Source of the DNA: Spirochaetia bacterium
GTDB lineage: Bacteria > Spirochaetota > Spirochaetia > SZUA-6 > Bin103
NCBI GenBank assembly: GCA_965199955.1
Contig: CBDATQ010000001.1
Coordinates: 160,001 to 224,000 of the forward strand
Direction of reading: 5' to 3'
DNA length: 64,000 nucleotides
A program made the position numbers and the translations under genes. Under the pieces are notes generated by a model. It was not told the DNA's origin, made no database searches, and saw only the letters and a program-made list of their open reading frames with translations. Below, piece after piece: positions 12,205 to 21,744 of this stretch (its first letter is position 1; each line of letters starts with the position of its first letter).

Positions 12205-13974
12205 TCAGTCGGTCACGGCGCCGAGCTGCGCTTCGACCAGCGTGCGATAGCGGCTTTCGGCGGCCAGCAGCTCGTCGGCGGTCCCGGACTCGATGATGCG
12301 GCCGGCCTCCAGCACGACCACGCGGTCGGCGCGCTCGATGGTGGAGCGGCGGTGGGCGATCACCAGCGCGGTGCGGCCGGACAGCAGGCGCGACATCGCT
12401 TCCTGGATCAGCTCCTCGGTCTCGGCGTCCACGGACGAGGTGGCTTCGTCCAGAATCAGGATGGGAGCGTCCTTGAGCAGGGCGCGGGCGATCGCGATCC
12501 GCTGGCGCTGGCCGCCGGAGAGACGCACGCCGCGGTCGCCCACCACCGTGTCCCAGCCGTCCGGGAGCGTGTCGATGAACTCCTCGGCGTTCGCGGCGCG
12601 GGCGGCGGCCCGCAGCGCGCCGTCGCCGGCATCGGGGCGCCCGAACAGGATGTTGTCGCGCACGCTGCCATGGAACAGGAACACCTCCTGGTTGACCACC
12701 GCCACCCGCCGGCGCAGGAACGGCAGGTCCAGGGTGCGCACGTCGTGGCCGCCGACCAGCACACGGCCGGCGTCGGGGTCGTAGAAGCGCGGCACCAGGC
12801 GCGTGACCGTGGTCTTGCCGGAGCCGGTCGGTCCGGCCAGCGACACCACCTCGCCCGGCGCCAGCGTCAGGCTGATCCGGTGCAGCACGGGCGTGCCCGC
12901 GTGGTAGGAGAACGTCACCCGGTCCAGCTCCACGGAACCCTGGAAGGCGGCCGGCACGACCGCGTCCGGCGGACTTTCGATGTCCGGCTCGATCGCCAGC
13001 AGCTCGTCGATGCGCCGGTAGCTGGCCAGCGCGCGGTGCAGGACCTCGCCGATGTCGGCCAGCTTCAGGAACGGCTGGTAGATGAACGTCAGGTAGGCCA
13101 GGAACAGGTACAGGTCGGCCACCTGCAGGCCGCCCCGCAGGGCGGTGGCGCCGCCGACGGCCACGGCCAGGACGACGCCGACGCCGCCGGTCATCTCCAC
13201 GATCGCGTTCGGCAGCATCGAGCGGTGCATGGCGCCGGTCATGTCGTCGCGATAGCGGTCTGCCAGCCGCGCCACGCGCCGCGCCTGCTCGGCCTCGCGG
13301 GTGAACGACTTGATCTCGCTCATTCCCTGCAGGCTGTCCTCCACCAGGGCCACCACTTGCGCGTAACGCTCGCGCACGCGGCGCCACGTTCCGCGGATGG
13401 TGCGGGTCACCAGCCAGGTCACCAGCGCCGCTACCGGCAGCGGGCTGAGCACCACCAGGGTGAGCATGGGGTCGATACTCAGCAGCACCACGATCATGGC
13501 CACGGGGATGGCGACGGCCTGCGCCAGCTCGGGCACGCCGTGGGCGACGAAGTCCTCCAGCGATTCGACGTCGCTCACCGAGCGCGCGATCAGGGTGCCG
13601 GTACGGTTGTCGGCAAAGAAGCGGTGGGAGAGTCGCTGCAGGTGACGGTAGACGCGTTGCAGCAGGTCGCTCAGCAGCGCGTAGGAGGCCTGATGGGAGG
13701 TCAGCCCGTACAGATAGCGGGCGGCGCCGCGCAGCAGGAACGCGCCCACCATGGCCGCGATGACGACCGCCAGCGAGACTCCGTCCGGCGGCCCCGCGCC
13801 GCTTTCCGAACCGCCCGGTGCCGCGGTGACGGCGGCAATGAGGCGGCGGACGTACAGCGGCGGGATCAGCGTGGTGGCCGAGAACAGGAGGCCGCAGGCC
13901 GCCGACAGCCCGATGAGCAGCTTGTGGCGCCGGAACGCGTCGAGGACGCGCCCGGCCTGCTCGGTCTCAGCCAT
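12205..13974 (-). CDS. ABC exporter, fused permease/ATP-binding (MsbA-like)
   Basis: TM domain plus GPTGSGKT, LSGGQRQR, LILDEATS. Confidence 0.93.
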   Translation of the reverse strand: MAETEQAGRVLDAFRRHKLLIGLSAACGLLFSATTLIPPLYVRRLIAAVTAAPGGSESGAGPPDGVSLAVVIAAMVGAFLLRGAARYLYGLTSHQASYALLSDLLQRVYRHLQRLSHRFFADNRTGTLIARSVSDVESLEDFVAHGVPELAQAVAIPVAMIVVLLSIDPMLTLVVLSPLPVAALVTWLVTRTIRGTWRRVRERYAQVVALVEDSLQGMSEIKSFTREAEQARRVARLADRYRDDMTGAMHRSMLPNAIVEMTGGVGVVLAVAVGGATALRGGLQVADLYLFLAYLTFIYQPFLKLADIGEVLHRALASYRRIDELLAIEPDIESPPDAVVPAAFQGSVELDRVTFSYHAGTPVLHRISLTLAPGEVVSLAGPTGSGKTTVTRLVPRFYDPDAGRVLVGGHDVRTLDLPFLRRRVAVVNQEVFLFHGSVRDNILFGRPDAGDGALRAAARAANAEEFIDTLPDGWDTVVGDRGVRLSGGQRQRIAIARALLKDAPILILDEATSSVDAETEELIQEAMSRLLSGRTALVIAHRRSTIERADRVVVLEAGRIIESGTADELLAAESRYRTLVEAQLGAVTD

Positions 13975-14092
13975 CGGTCGACAGCATCCGGACAGTCTAT
14001 CCGGCGCGCGGATGTCGGGCGACGGCCTGGATGCGGACCCGCGCGGCACACTGGCCGCGCCCCGTCCGTCCCATTACACTTGCGTGCTTGAA

Positions 14093-15766
14093 ATGGTACT
14101 GGAGGTTCTTCTCACCCTCGGCCTCCTGGTCGTGGTGGCCAAGCTCGCCGAGGGGGTGTTCAGCCGGTTCGGACTGAGCTCGATCATCGCCTACACCGCG
14201 ACGGGCGTGGTGCTCGGCCCGGTCCTGGGGATCGCCGAGGCGACGCCCGAGATTCAACTCTTCCTGGGCATCGGCATCCTGGTGCTGTTCTTCCTGGTCG
14301 GCCTGGACGAGATCGACATTCCCGGATTCGTCGCGACGTTCTGCGGCCGCTACTTCGTGGCGGCCGTGCTGTCGGTCCTGGTGTCGCTGCTGGCGGCGCT
14401 CATCGTCACGTCGGACCTGCTGAATCTTCGTTTCGCGCTCGGACTGGACTTCACCGAGGCGCTGGCCCTGGCAGGGATCCTGTCGCTGTCCAGCCTGGGA
14501 CTGCTGGCCAAGGTGCTCGCCGACGACGGACACCTCAAGGAGCCGATCGGCCTCAAGATGTTCACGATCGTGACGATCGCGGAGGTGTTCGCCCTGCTGG
14601 TGGTGGGGTTCAGCATCGGCGATCATCATGGCCACGGCAGCCGTGACCTGTCGGCGCTGAACGTGCTGATCCTCCTGGCGCAGATCGCGGGATTCGTGGT
14701 CGTGACGTGGGTCCTGTCGGCCAAGCTGCTGCCGCCGGCGATCCTGTTCCTCCGGCGTTTCATCAGGGTGCCGGAGCTGTCGTTCGGCCTGCTGCTCGGC
14801 GGGCTCTTTCTGGTGGTAGTCGGGGCCGAGAAGATCGGACTGCACGGCACCATCGGGGCGCTGCTGTTCGGCGCGGCGCTCTCGGGGCTGCCCGAGGGCG
14901 TGCGGCACGACATCCTTCCGGGGATGCGCAGCGCGTCGGAAGGTCTGTTCGTCCCTCTGTTCTTCGCGTCGGCCGGCCTGCAATTCGATCTGTCCTTCAC
15001 GGAGATCCCGATCGGGACGATCGCGGCCCTCGTGCTGGTCCCGCTGGTGGGCAAGTTCGCAGGCTCGTTCCTGAGTACGATCGTGACCCGCATCGAGTCG
15101 CCGTTCACGCTGGCCACGGGGCTGATGTCGAAGGGCGTTGCGGAGATCGCCCTGCTGCTGGTGCTGCTGGAGGCCGGGGTGATCGAGCAGAGCGTGTTCT
15201 CGCTGTTCGTGCTCGTCATGTTCGGCTACATCCTGCTGATGCCGCAAGCGATCAAGATCTCGGTCAAGCGCGCGAAGTCGGAGTACGCGCGGATGCCGCA
15301 GGTCATCCCGTCCTACGTCCGGTATGCTCTTTCCGGCGTCAAGATCGGCAGCCTCCTGGACAGGACCCGAAGCTACCCGGACTCGGCCACCACGGTGCAG
15401 AGCTTCCTGGATGACTGGACCGTGCCGAACCATCGCGACTACGTGGTGGTCGATGGCGGTGAGGTGGCGGGGATCGTGTCGATGTCCAAGGTACGATCCG
15501 TTCCCAGGAACGCGCGGGCGACGACGACGCTACGGGATCTGCTGCGAGTACGGACGCCGCATGCCGGGCCCGACGAGTTGATCGTCGACGTCATGGATCG
15601 GATGACGAGCAGCTCGATAACCGTGATACCGGTCATGGACGGCGTCTCGGGACTGTTCCTGGGCACCCTGGCAAGTCATGATGTCATGGACTTGGTCGCC
15701 CTGATGGAAGAGATCAAGGAGGAAGAGAAGTCGATGGGCGCTGCAGCAGGGACGGCTGACGCATAA
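14093..15766 (+). CDS. Cation:proton antiporter (CPA2/Kef-like) with C-terminal CBS pair
   Basis: ~12 TM helices, GVVLGP, FVPLFFASAGL; C-terminal VVVDGGEVAGIVS and IPVMD...GTL CBS-like motifs. Confidence 0.85.
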   Translation: MVLEVLLTLGLLVVVAKLAEGVFSRFGLSSIIAYTATGVVLGPVLGIAEATPEIQLFLGIGILVLFFLVGLDEIDIPGFVATFCGRYFVAAVLSVLVSLLAALIVTSDLLNLRFALGLDFTEALALAGILSLSSLGLLAKVLADDGHLKEPIGLKMFTIVTIAEVFALLVVGFSIGDHHGHGSRDLSALNVLILLAQIAGFVVVTWVLSAKLLPPAILFLRRFIRVPELSFGLLLGGLFLVVVGAEKIGLHGTIGALLFGAALSGLPEGVRHDILPGMRSASEGLFVPLFFASAGLQFDLSFTEIPIGTIAALVLVPLVGKFAGSFLSTIVTRIESPFTLATGLMSKGVAEIALLLVLLEAGVIEQSVFSLFVLVMFGYILLMPQAIKISVKRAKSEYARMPQVIPSYVRYALSGVKIGSLLDRTRSYPDSATTVQSFLDDWTVPNHRDYVVVDGGEVAGIVSMSKVRSVPRNARATTTLRDLLRVRTPHAGPDELIVDVMDRMTSSSITVIPVMDGVSGLFLGTLASHDVMDLVALMEEIKEEEKSMGAAAGTADA

Positions 15767-15816
15767 AGGTCCCTTAACCCCTTACACAAGCTCCCTCAAC
15801 CTGTACTATGGAAAGG

Positions 15817-16263
15817 ATGGCCGACATCGATCTGCGGGGCCTTGATCCGGCGACGGCGCGGGAGGTGGTCGCCGGCTATCTGCGATCGTCGCGGGAGTTG
15901 CGGGGAAAGCTGCGATCCGCCCGCGAGCAGGAAGCGCTCTGGCAGAAGCGCACGCTGCTGGCCCGGCAGGCCGGCGACCACGAGCTCGAACATCGGGCCC
16001 AACGTCGGCTGAAGGAGGCGCGCGAGACCAGCGGGAGGCTGAGCGCGGAGGATTTCGAGCTGTCGGCTGTCGTCGATCGGCTGAAGGCGGAGTTGCAGAG
16101 GCTTCGCGCCGCGCCGGAGCTTTCCGGCATCGACGCGGACCAGCTCCTCACCGATCTCCGCTCGATCGCCGGGGAGCCGGATGCGACCGCGGAAGCGTTG
16201 CAGGAACTGCAGACGGAGCGCGAGCTCCGCGAGCTGAAGCGCAGGCTCGAATCCGAACCCTGA
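15817..16263 (+). CDS. PspA/IM30-like coiled-coil protein
   Basis: W.KR..LARQAGD.EL motif and helical charged composition; start 15817 or 15808. Confidence 0.6.
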   Translation: MADIDLRGLDPATAREVVAGYLRSSRELRGKLRSAREQEALWQKRTLLARQAGDHELEHRAQRRLKEARETSGRLSAEDFELSAVVDRLKAELQRLRAAPELSGIDADQLLTDLRSIAGEPDATAEALQELQTERELRELKRRLESEP

Positions 16264-16432
16264 CCTGAAATCTCCGATGCTGTTTCCTTGTGAGCAACGG
16301 CATTTCACGAAAACATAGCGATTCTGCGAATTGTCCCGCGGAGGAAGGAGCCGCCCGAATGGCTTCCGCGAAGCGTGAAGAGATCGTGGCGGCTGGCGGT
16401 GGGCAGGTGATTCTGCCGGAAGCTGCGCTTGG

Positions 16433-17385
16433 TCAGCGTGCCGGCAGGCCGTCCACGGGCTCGGCGCGGATCGTCCGTCCGTGCGGGCTGTGCGCATCGG
16501 CCCCGCGCAGGAGCGTCTCCACGATGACGGCGCTGCCACCGGACGGCTCCAGCAGGCAGACGTCCGCTTCCCGTCCCGGGGCGAGCAGACCCTTGGTCCC
16601 GCAGCCCAGGAGCGCGGCCGGCCAGGCGCCGAGGAGCGCCGCCAGCGCTTCCGGCCCGGCCAGCCCGCGGGCGGGACCGGATCGATACAGGGCATCGACG
16701 CCAGGCGGATGCCCGGACGTGCTCATCAGCAGCCGCACGGTGCCGTCCGCCACCAGCGGCCACAGGTGGGGATCATCGACCAGCCACGCGGGATCGGTGG
16801 CCGTCAGCGCCCCTGCGCTGCGGGCGCGACGCAGCGCCGCTGCCTCGCGGAGCGGTCCGACCGCTACCCGGCCTCCATGCGTCGCGGCGCGGTTGGCGGC
16901 CTCGACCGCCGCATCCTCATCCCCATCCACACAGATGATGAGCGTGGCCCGCAGCCGGGCAAGCGCCTGCGCGGCGGCATCGAGCAGGGGGGCTCCGCGG
17001 CGCGCCGGCAGCACGAACGCCGTTCGTCCGCGCTCGTGAATCGTTCGCGGCGCGCAGGCGATCTGATCGTCAGTTTCGATCAGCTCCATCGGAACCACGT
17101 CGCAGCACGACGGCTGGCGCGGTTCGGCATCCGCCCATCCGGCGCAGGTGATCCCGGCGTGTGCGAGCCACTCCTGTGGGGGCGTTGCCGCCGAATCGGC
17201 CGGGACCAGCGGCAGCACCCAGCCGGGCAGCACCATCATTCCCATGGCGTCGATCACGCGCCGCGCGGTGGTTCCGCCGGCTCCGGCGCCGACGCCGACG
17301 ATCCAGCCATCGCGGATCGACAGATCGGCGACGAACCGCCCGCCCGGGGCGGCGATCAGCCCTGCCTTGAGCAGGATCGTGTCAT
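16433..17385 (-). pseudogene. Degenerate amidohydrolase (dihydroorotase/hydantoinase-like fold), start disrupted or non-canonical
   Basis: In-frame TILLKAGLI...ADLSIRDGWI...VIDAMGMMVLPG and C-terminal KGLLAPGREADVCL, but no HxH metal motif; nearest ATG (17385) is out of frame. Confidence 0.55.
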
Positions 17386-17499
17386 GGCCCTGATCCGGCG
17401 GGCCGCCGCGGGGGAGGTTGATGCCCTGTCATAGCATCTACCGTGGGATCTCTGCACGGTCCCTCCGATCCGGCGCGAGCCCGGCCGCCGCCACAGGAT

Positions 17500-17531
17500 T
17501 TGCCGCTGACTCGGCCGATCCGACAGACTCC
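17500..17531 (+). promoter_or_regulatory. Putative alr promoter TTGCCG-N18-CAGACT
   Basis: Motif shared with the ilvC, tRNA-Arg and nadC upstream regions. Confidence 0.55.
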
Positions 17532-17539
17532 GGACAGGA

Positions 17540-18655
17540 ATGGCATCCGCCGTAGCCCGTATCCGGCTCGACCACCTGCGGCACAACCTTGCGGCGATTC
17601 GCACGCACGTGCCGCGGGCCACACGGGTGTGCCTTGTGGTCAAGGCCGATGCCTACGGGCACGGGGCGGTCCGTGCGGCACGGGCGGCGTCCGCCCCGGG
17701 CGGGGCGGACCTCCTGGCCGTGAGTTCGGTCGACGAGGGGCGCGAGTTGCGGGAGGCGGGCATCCGCGGTGCAGTGCTGCTGCTCGGTCCCACGGTGCCC
17801 GATCAGGCGGGGGACGTGGCCCGTTGGCGGCTGACGGCGGTCTGCGCCGACGTTGCCACGGTACGTGCGATCGGCACCGCCAACCACGGCGGACCGCCGC
17901 TGCCGGTACATCTCGAATTGGACACCGGCATGCATCGTTCCGGCTGCCGGCCGGCCGCAGCCGTCGCCGTCGCCCGCTCGATCGCGGAACTGGGCGGCGT
18001 CCGCCTGGAGGGCCTCTGCACTCATTTCCCGGCCGCCGATGCAGCAGATCTGGAGCAGACCCGACGCCAGCTCGCGGAACTGGTGGTGCGCGCGCAGGAG
18101 GTGCGCCCGCACCACCCGGACTTGGTCCTGCACGCGGCCAACTCGGCGGCGACCGCCGCGGTGCCGGCGTCGCACCTCGACCTGGTACGGGCCGGGCTGG
18201 CCGCCTACGGCTACGATCCGTCGTTCGGAGGCCGCCTGCAGGGCCGACTCAAGCCGGTCATGGAGCTCTCCACGCGCGTGACCGCGCTGCGCCGTGTCGG
18301 CGCCGGCGATCACGTCTCGTACGGGCAGGAGTACCGGGCTGCGCACGACACGGTGATCGCCACCATCGCGGCCGGCTACGGCGACGGGTACCCGTGGCCC
18401 GGCGGACGTGGCGCGGCGCTGCCGGAGGTCCGCATCGGCGTCGATCGCTACCCGCTTGCGGGCCGCGTGTGCATGGACCACTGCATGATCGACGTGGGTC
18501 CGCGCCCGACGGTGCGCGTCGGTGACCGGGCGGTCCTGTTTGGCCCCGGCGGCCCGACCGGAGCCGACGTGGCGGCCTGGTCGGGCACGATTCCGTACGA
18601 GGTGCTCACCCGCGTTGCCGGACGCGTGGCTCGGCGCTACGCATGGTCGGCGTAG
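17540..18655 (+). CDS. alr: Alanine racemase
   Basis: VVKADAYGHG (PLP Lys), LDTGMHRSG, HAANSAA, GRVCMD, GTIPYE. Confidence 0.97.
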   Translation: MASAVARIRLDHLRHNLAAIRTHVPRATRVCLVVKADAYGHGAVRAARAASAPGGADLLAVSSVDEGRELREAGIRGAVLLLGPTVPDQAGDVARWRLTAVCADVATVRAIGTANHGGPPLPVHLELDTGMHRSGCRPAAAVAVARSIAELGGVRLEGLCTHFPAADAADLEQTRRQLAELVVRAQEVRPHHPDLVLHAANSAATAAVPASHLDLVRAGLAAYGYDPSFGGRLQGRLKPVMELSTRVTALRRVGAGDHVSYGQEYRAAHDTVIATIAAGYGDGYPWPGGRGAALPEVRIGVDRYPLAGRVCMDHCMIDVGPRPTVRVGDRAVLFGPGGPTGADVAAWSGTIPYEVLTRVAGRVARRYAWSA

Positions 18656-18665
18656 CAGGGTTCGG

Positions 18666-19682
18666 TCAGTTCTTGCCTTTGTCGACCAGCCGTTCCTTGT
18701 CGATCCACGGCATCATCGAACGCAGCTCAGCGCCCACCTGTTCGAGCTGGTGCTCGGCGTGCTCGGCGCGATCGGCAAGGAACCGGTGCCGGCCCGCACG
18801 GTTCTCGTCCATCCAGCGCTGTGCGAACGTGCCGTCCTGGATGTCGGCCAGGATGCGCTTCATCTCCGCCTTCACCTCGGGGGAGATCACGCGCGGGCCT
18901 GACTGGTAGTCGCCGTACTCGGCGGTGTCGGAAACCGAGTAGCGCATCAGGGAGATGCCGCCTTCGTACACCAGGTCGACGATCAGTTTCAGTTCGTGGA
19001 TGCACTCGAAATAGGCCATCTCGGGTGCGTAGCCGGCCTCGATCAGCGTCTCGAATCCGGCCCTCATCAAATGCGACACGCCGCCGCAGAGCACCGTCTG
19101 TTCCCCGAACAGGTCGGTCTCGGTCTCCTCGCGGAAGTTGGTCTCGATCACGCCTGCGCGCCCGCCGCCGAGCGCTCCGGCGTAGGCCAGCGCGTTCTCC
19201 TTGGCATGGCCGGAGGCGTCGTTGTGGATCGCCACCAGGCAGGGAACCCCGTATCCCAGCTCGAACTGGCGTCGCACGGTGTGGCCCGGTCCCTTGGGGG
19301 CGACCATCGATACGTCGACCGCGGCGTCGGGCTCGATCTGACCGAAATGGATGTTGAAGCCGTGGGCGAACATCAGCGTTTTCCCGGCGCCGAGGTTGGG
19401 GGCGATCGCGTCCCGATAGACCTCTCCCTGCAGATGGTCGGGGATCAGCATCATCACCATGTCCGCCCAGGCCGCCGCGTCGGCGGTGGGCAGCACGCGA
19501 ATGCCCGCGTCCTCGGCCTTGGCGACGCTGGCGCTGTCCGGGCGCAGCCCGACGGCTACCTCCACTCCCGAATCGCGCAGGTTGTTGGCGTGCGCGAATC
19601 CCTGGCTGCCGTAGCCGATGATGGCGACCTTGGCGCCGTGGACACGGCTCAGATCGATGTCGGCGTCGTAATGGACCTTCAC
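18666..19682 (-). CDS. ilvC: Ketol-acid reductoisomerase
   Basis: [42 protein letters not shown]. Confidence 0.98.
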   Translation of the reverse strand: MKVHYDADIDLSRVHGAKVAIIGYGSQGFAHANNLRDSGVEVAVGLRPDSASVAKAEDAGIRVLPTADAAAWADMVMMLIPDHLQGEVYRDAIAPNLGAGKTLMFAHGFNIHFGQIEPDAAVDVSMVAPKGPGHTVRRQFELGYGVPCLVAIHNDASGHAKENALAYAGALGGGRAGVIETNFREETETDLFGEQTVLCGGVSHLMRAGFETLIEAGYAPEMAYFECIHELKLIVDLVYEGGISLMRYSVSDTAEYGDYQSGPRVISPEVKAEMKRILADIQDGTFAQRWMDENRAGRHRFLADRAEHAEHQLEQVGAELRSMMPWIDKERLVDKGKN

Positions 19683-19769
19683 GTTGCTCCTCCGTGGGCG
19701 AGACGCCCGGGAGGTCGGTGTCGATGACGGACCGCATCATCGGCTCCGCTCTTCCGTGGGCGACGCACG

Positions 19770-19800
19770 GGAGTCTGTCGGATCGGCGCGTGAGCGGCAA
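19770..19800 (-). promoter_or_regulatory. Putative ilvC promoter TTGCCG-N17-CAGACT
   Basis: Near-identical to the alr upstream element. Confidence 0.55.
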
Positions 19801-19846
19801 CCACCGCCGCCCGCGCGAGCCTTCCGCGCGAGCCCCCCGCGCGAGT

Positions 19847-19875
19847 TTGACAAACCGGGGGCCGATCCCTACCGT
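19847..19875 (+). promoter_or_regulatory. Sigma70-type promoter TTGACA-N17-TACCGT
   Basis: Consensus -35 and 17-bp spacer, upstream of the DbpA-domain gene. Confidence 0.65.
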
Positions 19876-19964
19876 GAATCGAGGCCGGCCGCCGGGCCCC
19901 GCGGGTGAGCGTCCGGGTCGTGCACCGTGCCGATGCCGGCCCATAGAGCAACCGGAGATCTACC

Positions 19965-20612
19965 TTGGCAAGCGAAGAACCGGCCGATCCTCGATTCAGG
20001 GAACTGCTCGAGGAATTCGAACGCCACATCCGTGACAGCGCCGACCTGGAGCGCCTCAAAGTAATTCGGCGCCAGATCCGAAAGGCGCTGCCCCTGTCGG
20101 TCCGCGCCTACCTGCCCGCCTACCTGTTGCGGGAGGCGGTCGGCGCCGGGGTACCGCAAGCGGCGTCCGGCCGGGACCGCCCCGCACCGGCTGCCCGGAC
20201 CGCGAAGCCCCCCGCGGCCCAACCATCCTCCACCACAGCTCCGTCCGCGAAGCCGGGGGCGGCTGAGGCCGCCCGGCGTGCGCCCGATACGCCGGCGCCC
20301 GTCAAGGCAGCCGCCACCGACGAACCGATGCCCGCCGACACGCCGGATGCGCCCGCCGGGAACAGCGACATGGCGCGCCTGTTCGTCAGCGTGGGAAGAA
20401 GCCGGCGGGTCTCGCGCCAGATGCTGACCGATCTGTTCGTCGTCAAGCTCGACCTCCCGCAGGATCAGATTGGCGAGGTGCGGGTCCTGGACAACTTCTC
20501 GTTCATCGAAGTGCCCGCGGCGGTCGCCCAGTCCGCGATCGACCGGATCACCGGCGAGACGCTGAACGGCCGGCGCGTGAACGTCGATTTCGCGCGCAGC
20601 AAGAAGTCCTGA
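19965..20612 (+). CDS. DbpA RNA-binding-domain protein without helicase core
   Basis: C-terminal RLFVSVGR...IGEVRVLDNFSFIEV...RVNVDFAR; Ala/Pro-rich linker; TTG start. Confidence 0.8.
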   Translation: MASEEPADPRFRELLEEFERHIRDSADLERLKVIRRQIRKALPLSVRAYLPAYLLREAVGAGVPQAASGRDRPAPAARTAKPPAAQPSSTTAPSAKPGAAEAARRAPDTPAPVKAAATDEPMPADTPDAPAGNSDMARLFVSVGRSRRVSRQMLTDLFVVKLDLPQDQIGEVRVLDNFSFIEVPAAVAQSAIDRITGETLNGRRVNVDFARSKKS

Positions 20613-20668
20613 CGGAGCCCGCGAGCGTCCCCGCGGCAGATACGGACCCGGCAGGCGGTCGTGCGCGG

Positions 20669-21244
20669 GTGCTGCGGGCGGCGCTGGCGGCAGCCGCGGG
20701 AGGCCGGCTGGAGGTCGAGATCGGCTGCGGCAACGGTATTTTCCTGGCCGACTACGCCGCGGCCCGGCCGCACAGCGTGTGCCTGGGGATCGATCTCAAG
20801 AAGCGTCGCTGCGAGAAGGCGCAACACAAGGTCGAGCGGCGCGGACTCGCCAACGCCTTCGTGGTCAACGACCGCGCCGAGGCGGTCCTGGAGGAGCTGC
20901 CGCCCGGCTCCGTCCACGTCTTCCACATCTACTTCCCTGACCCGTGGCCGAAGAGCCGCCACCGGCGGCGGAGGTTCCTGCGGGCCGGAATCCTGGACCG
21001 CATGGCGGACACGCTGGCTCCAGACGGGAGGATCCTGTTTGCGACCGACTTCCTGGACTACCACGTGCAGGCCAGGGTGCTCTTCGCCTGGCATCCGGAG
21101 CTGCTGCTGGACGACGCGGACGCACCGCGCGGAGCGGACCGGTCGACGTTCGCCGTGCGGTTGGCGGGCGTGGGAGCGGGGATGAGGGTGGCCTGCGCGT
21201 ACAAGGCGGGGCCGCGAGCGGCAGCGCCGGCATGCGAGCCGTGA
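20669..21244 (+). CDS. trmB: tRNA (guanine-N7)-methyltransferase
   Basis: EIGCGNG, YFPDPWPKSRHRRRR, FATD. Confidence 0.88.
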   Translation: MLRAALAAAAGGRLEVEIGCGNGIFLADYAAARPHSVCLGIDLKKRRCEKAQHKVERRGLANAFVVNDRAEAVLEELPPGSVHVFHIYFPDPWPKSRHRRRRFLRAGILDRMADTLAPDGRILFATDFLDYHVQARVLFAWHPELLLDDADAPRGADRSTFAVRLAGVGAGMRVACAYKAGPRAAAPACEP

Positions 21245-21246
21245 TC

Positions 21247-21285
21247 GGTATACCGCGCTAGCGCCGAAGGTATACCGCGCTAGCG
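21247..21285. repeat. 17-bp direct repeat GGTATACCGCGCTAGCG x2 (period 22)
   Basis: Exact copies at 21247-21263 and 21269-21285. Confidence 0.9.
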
Positions 21286-21657
21286 GTTCCGGCGTTCCTC
21301 CGCCGACTGGCACGGGATGCAGAACAGTGCGTAGGGCAACGCCTCCAGCCGTTCGTCCGGAAGCCTGTTCCCGCACCGCATGCACGCGCCGTAGTGACCG
21401 GTCTCGATCCGCGCGAGCGCCGACTGGATCAGGTTGAGGCGCCGCACCTCCTGGGCTCCGAGCGTCTCCAGCGTCTTGCGGTCCATGTCCTCGGTAGCGA
21501 CGTCGGCCATGTCCTTGGGGTCCAGATTGCCCAGCGCGCCGCGGGTGAGCGAGTCCTCGTCGGCCAGATGCTGCAGGATCTCGTGCTTGAGGTCCATGAG
21601 CTTGTCGTGCATCCGGTCGACCAGGGTCTTGGTGGTTGCTTCCTGCGAGTCAGCCAT
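21280..21657 (-). CDS. DksA/TraR-family C4 zinc-finger protein
   Basis: DMADVA, ALARI..G.YG.C..C...RLEALP...CIPC. Confidence 0.9.
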   Translation of the reverse strand: MADSQEATTKTLVDRMHDKLMDLKHEILQHLADEDSLTRGALGNLDPKDMADVATEDMDRKTLETLGAQEVRRLNLIQSALARIETGHYGACMRCGNRLPDERLEALPYALFCIPCQSAEERRNR

Positions 21658-21744
21658 CGGTCGTGAAACGGGCCGGATGATATCGAAATCCACCCGCTGG
21701 ATCAAGCTCGCGCGCGCCTGGCCCTCGTTGTAGAATCGGGAACC

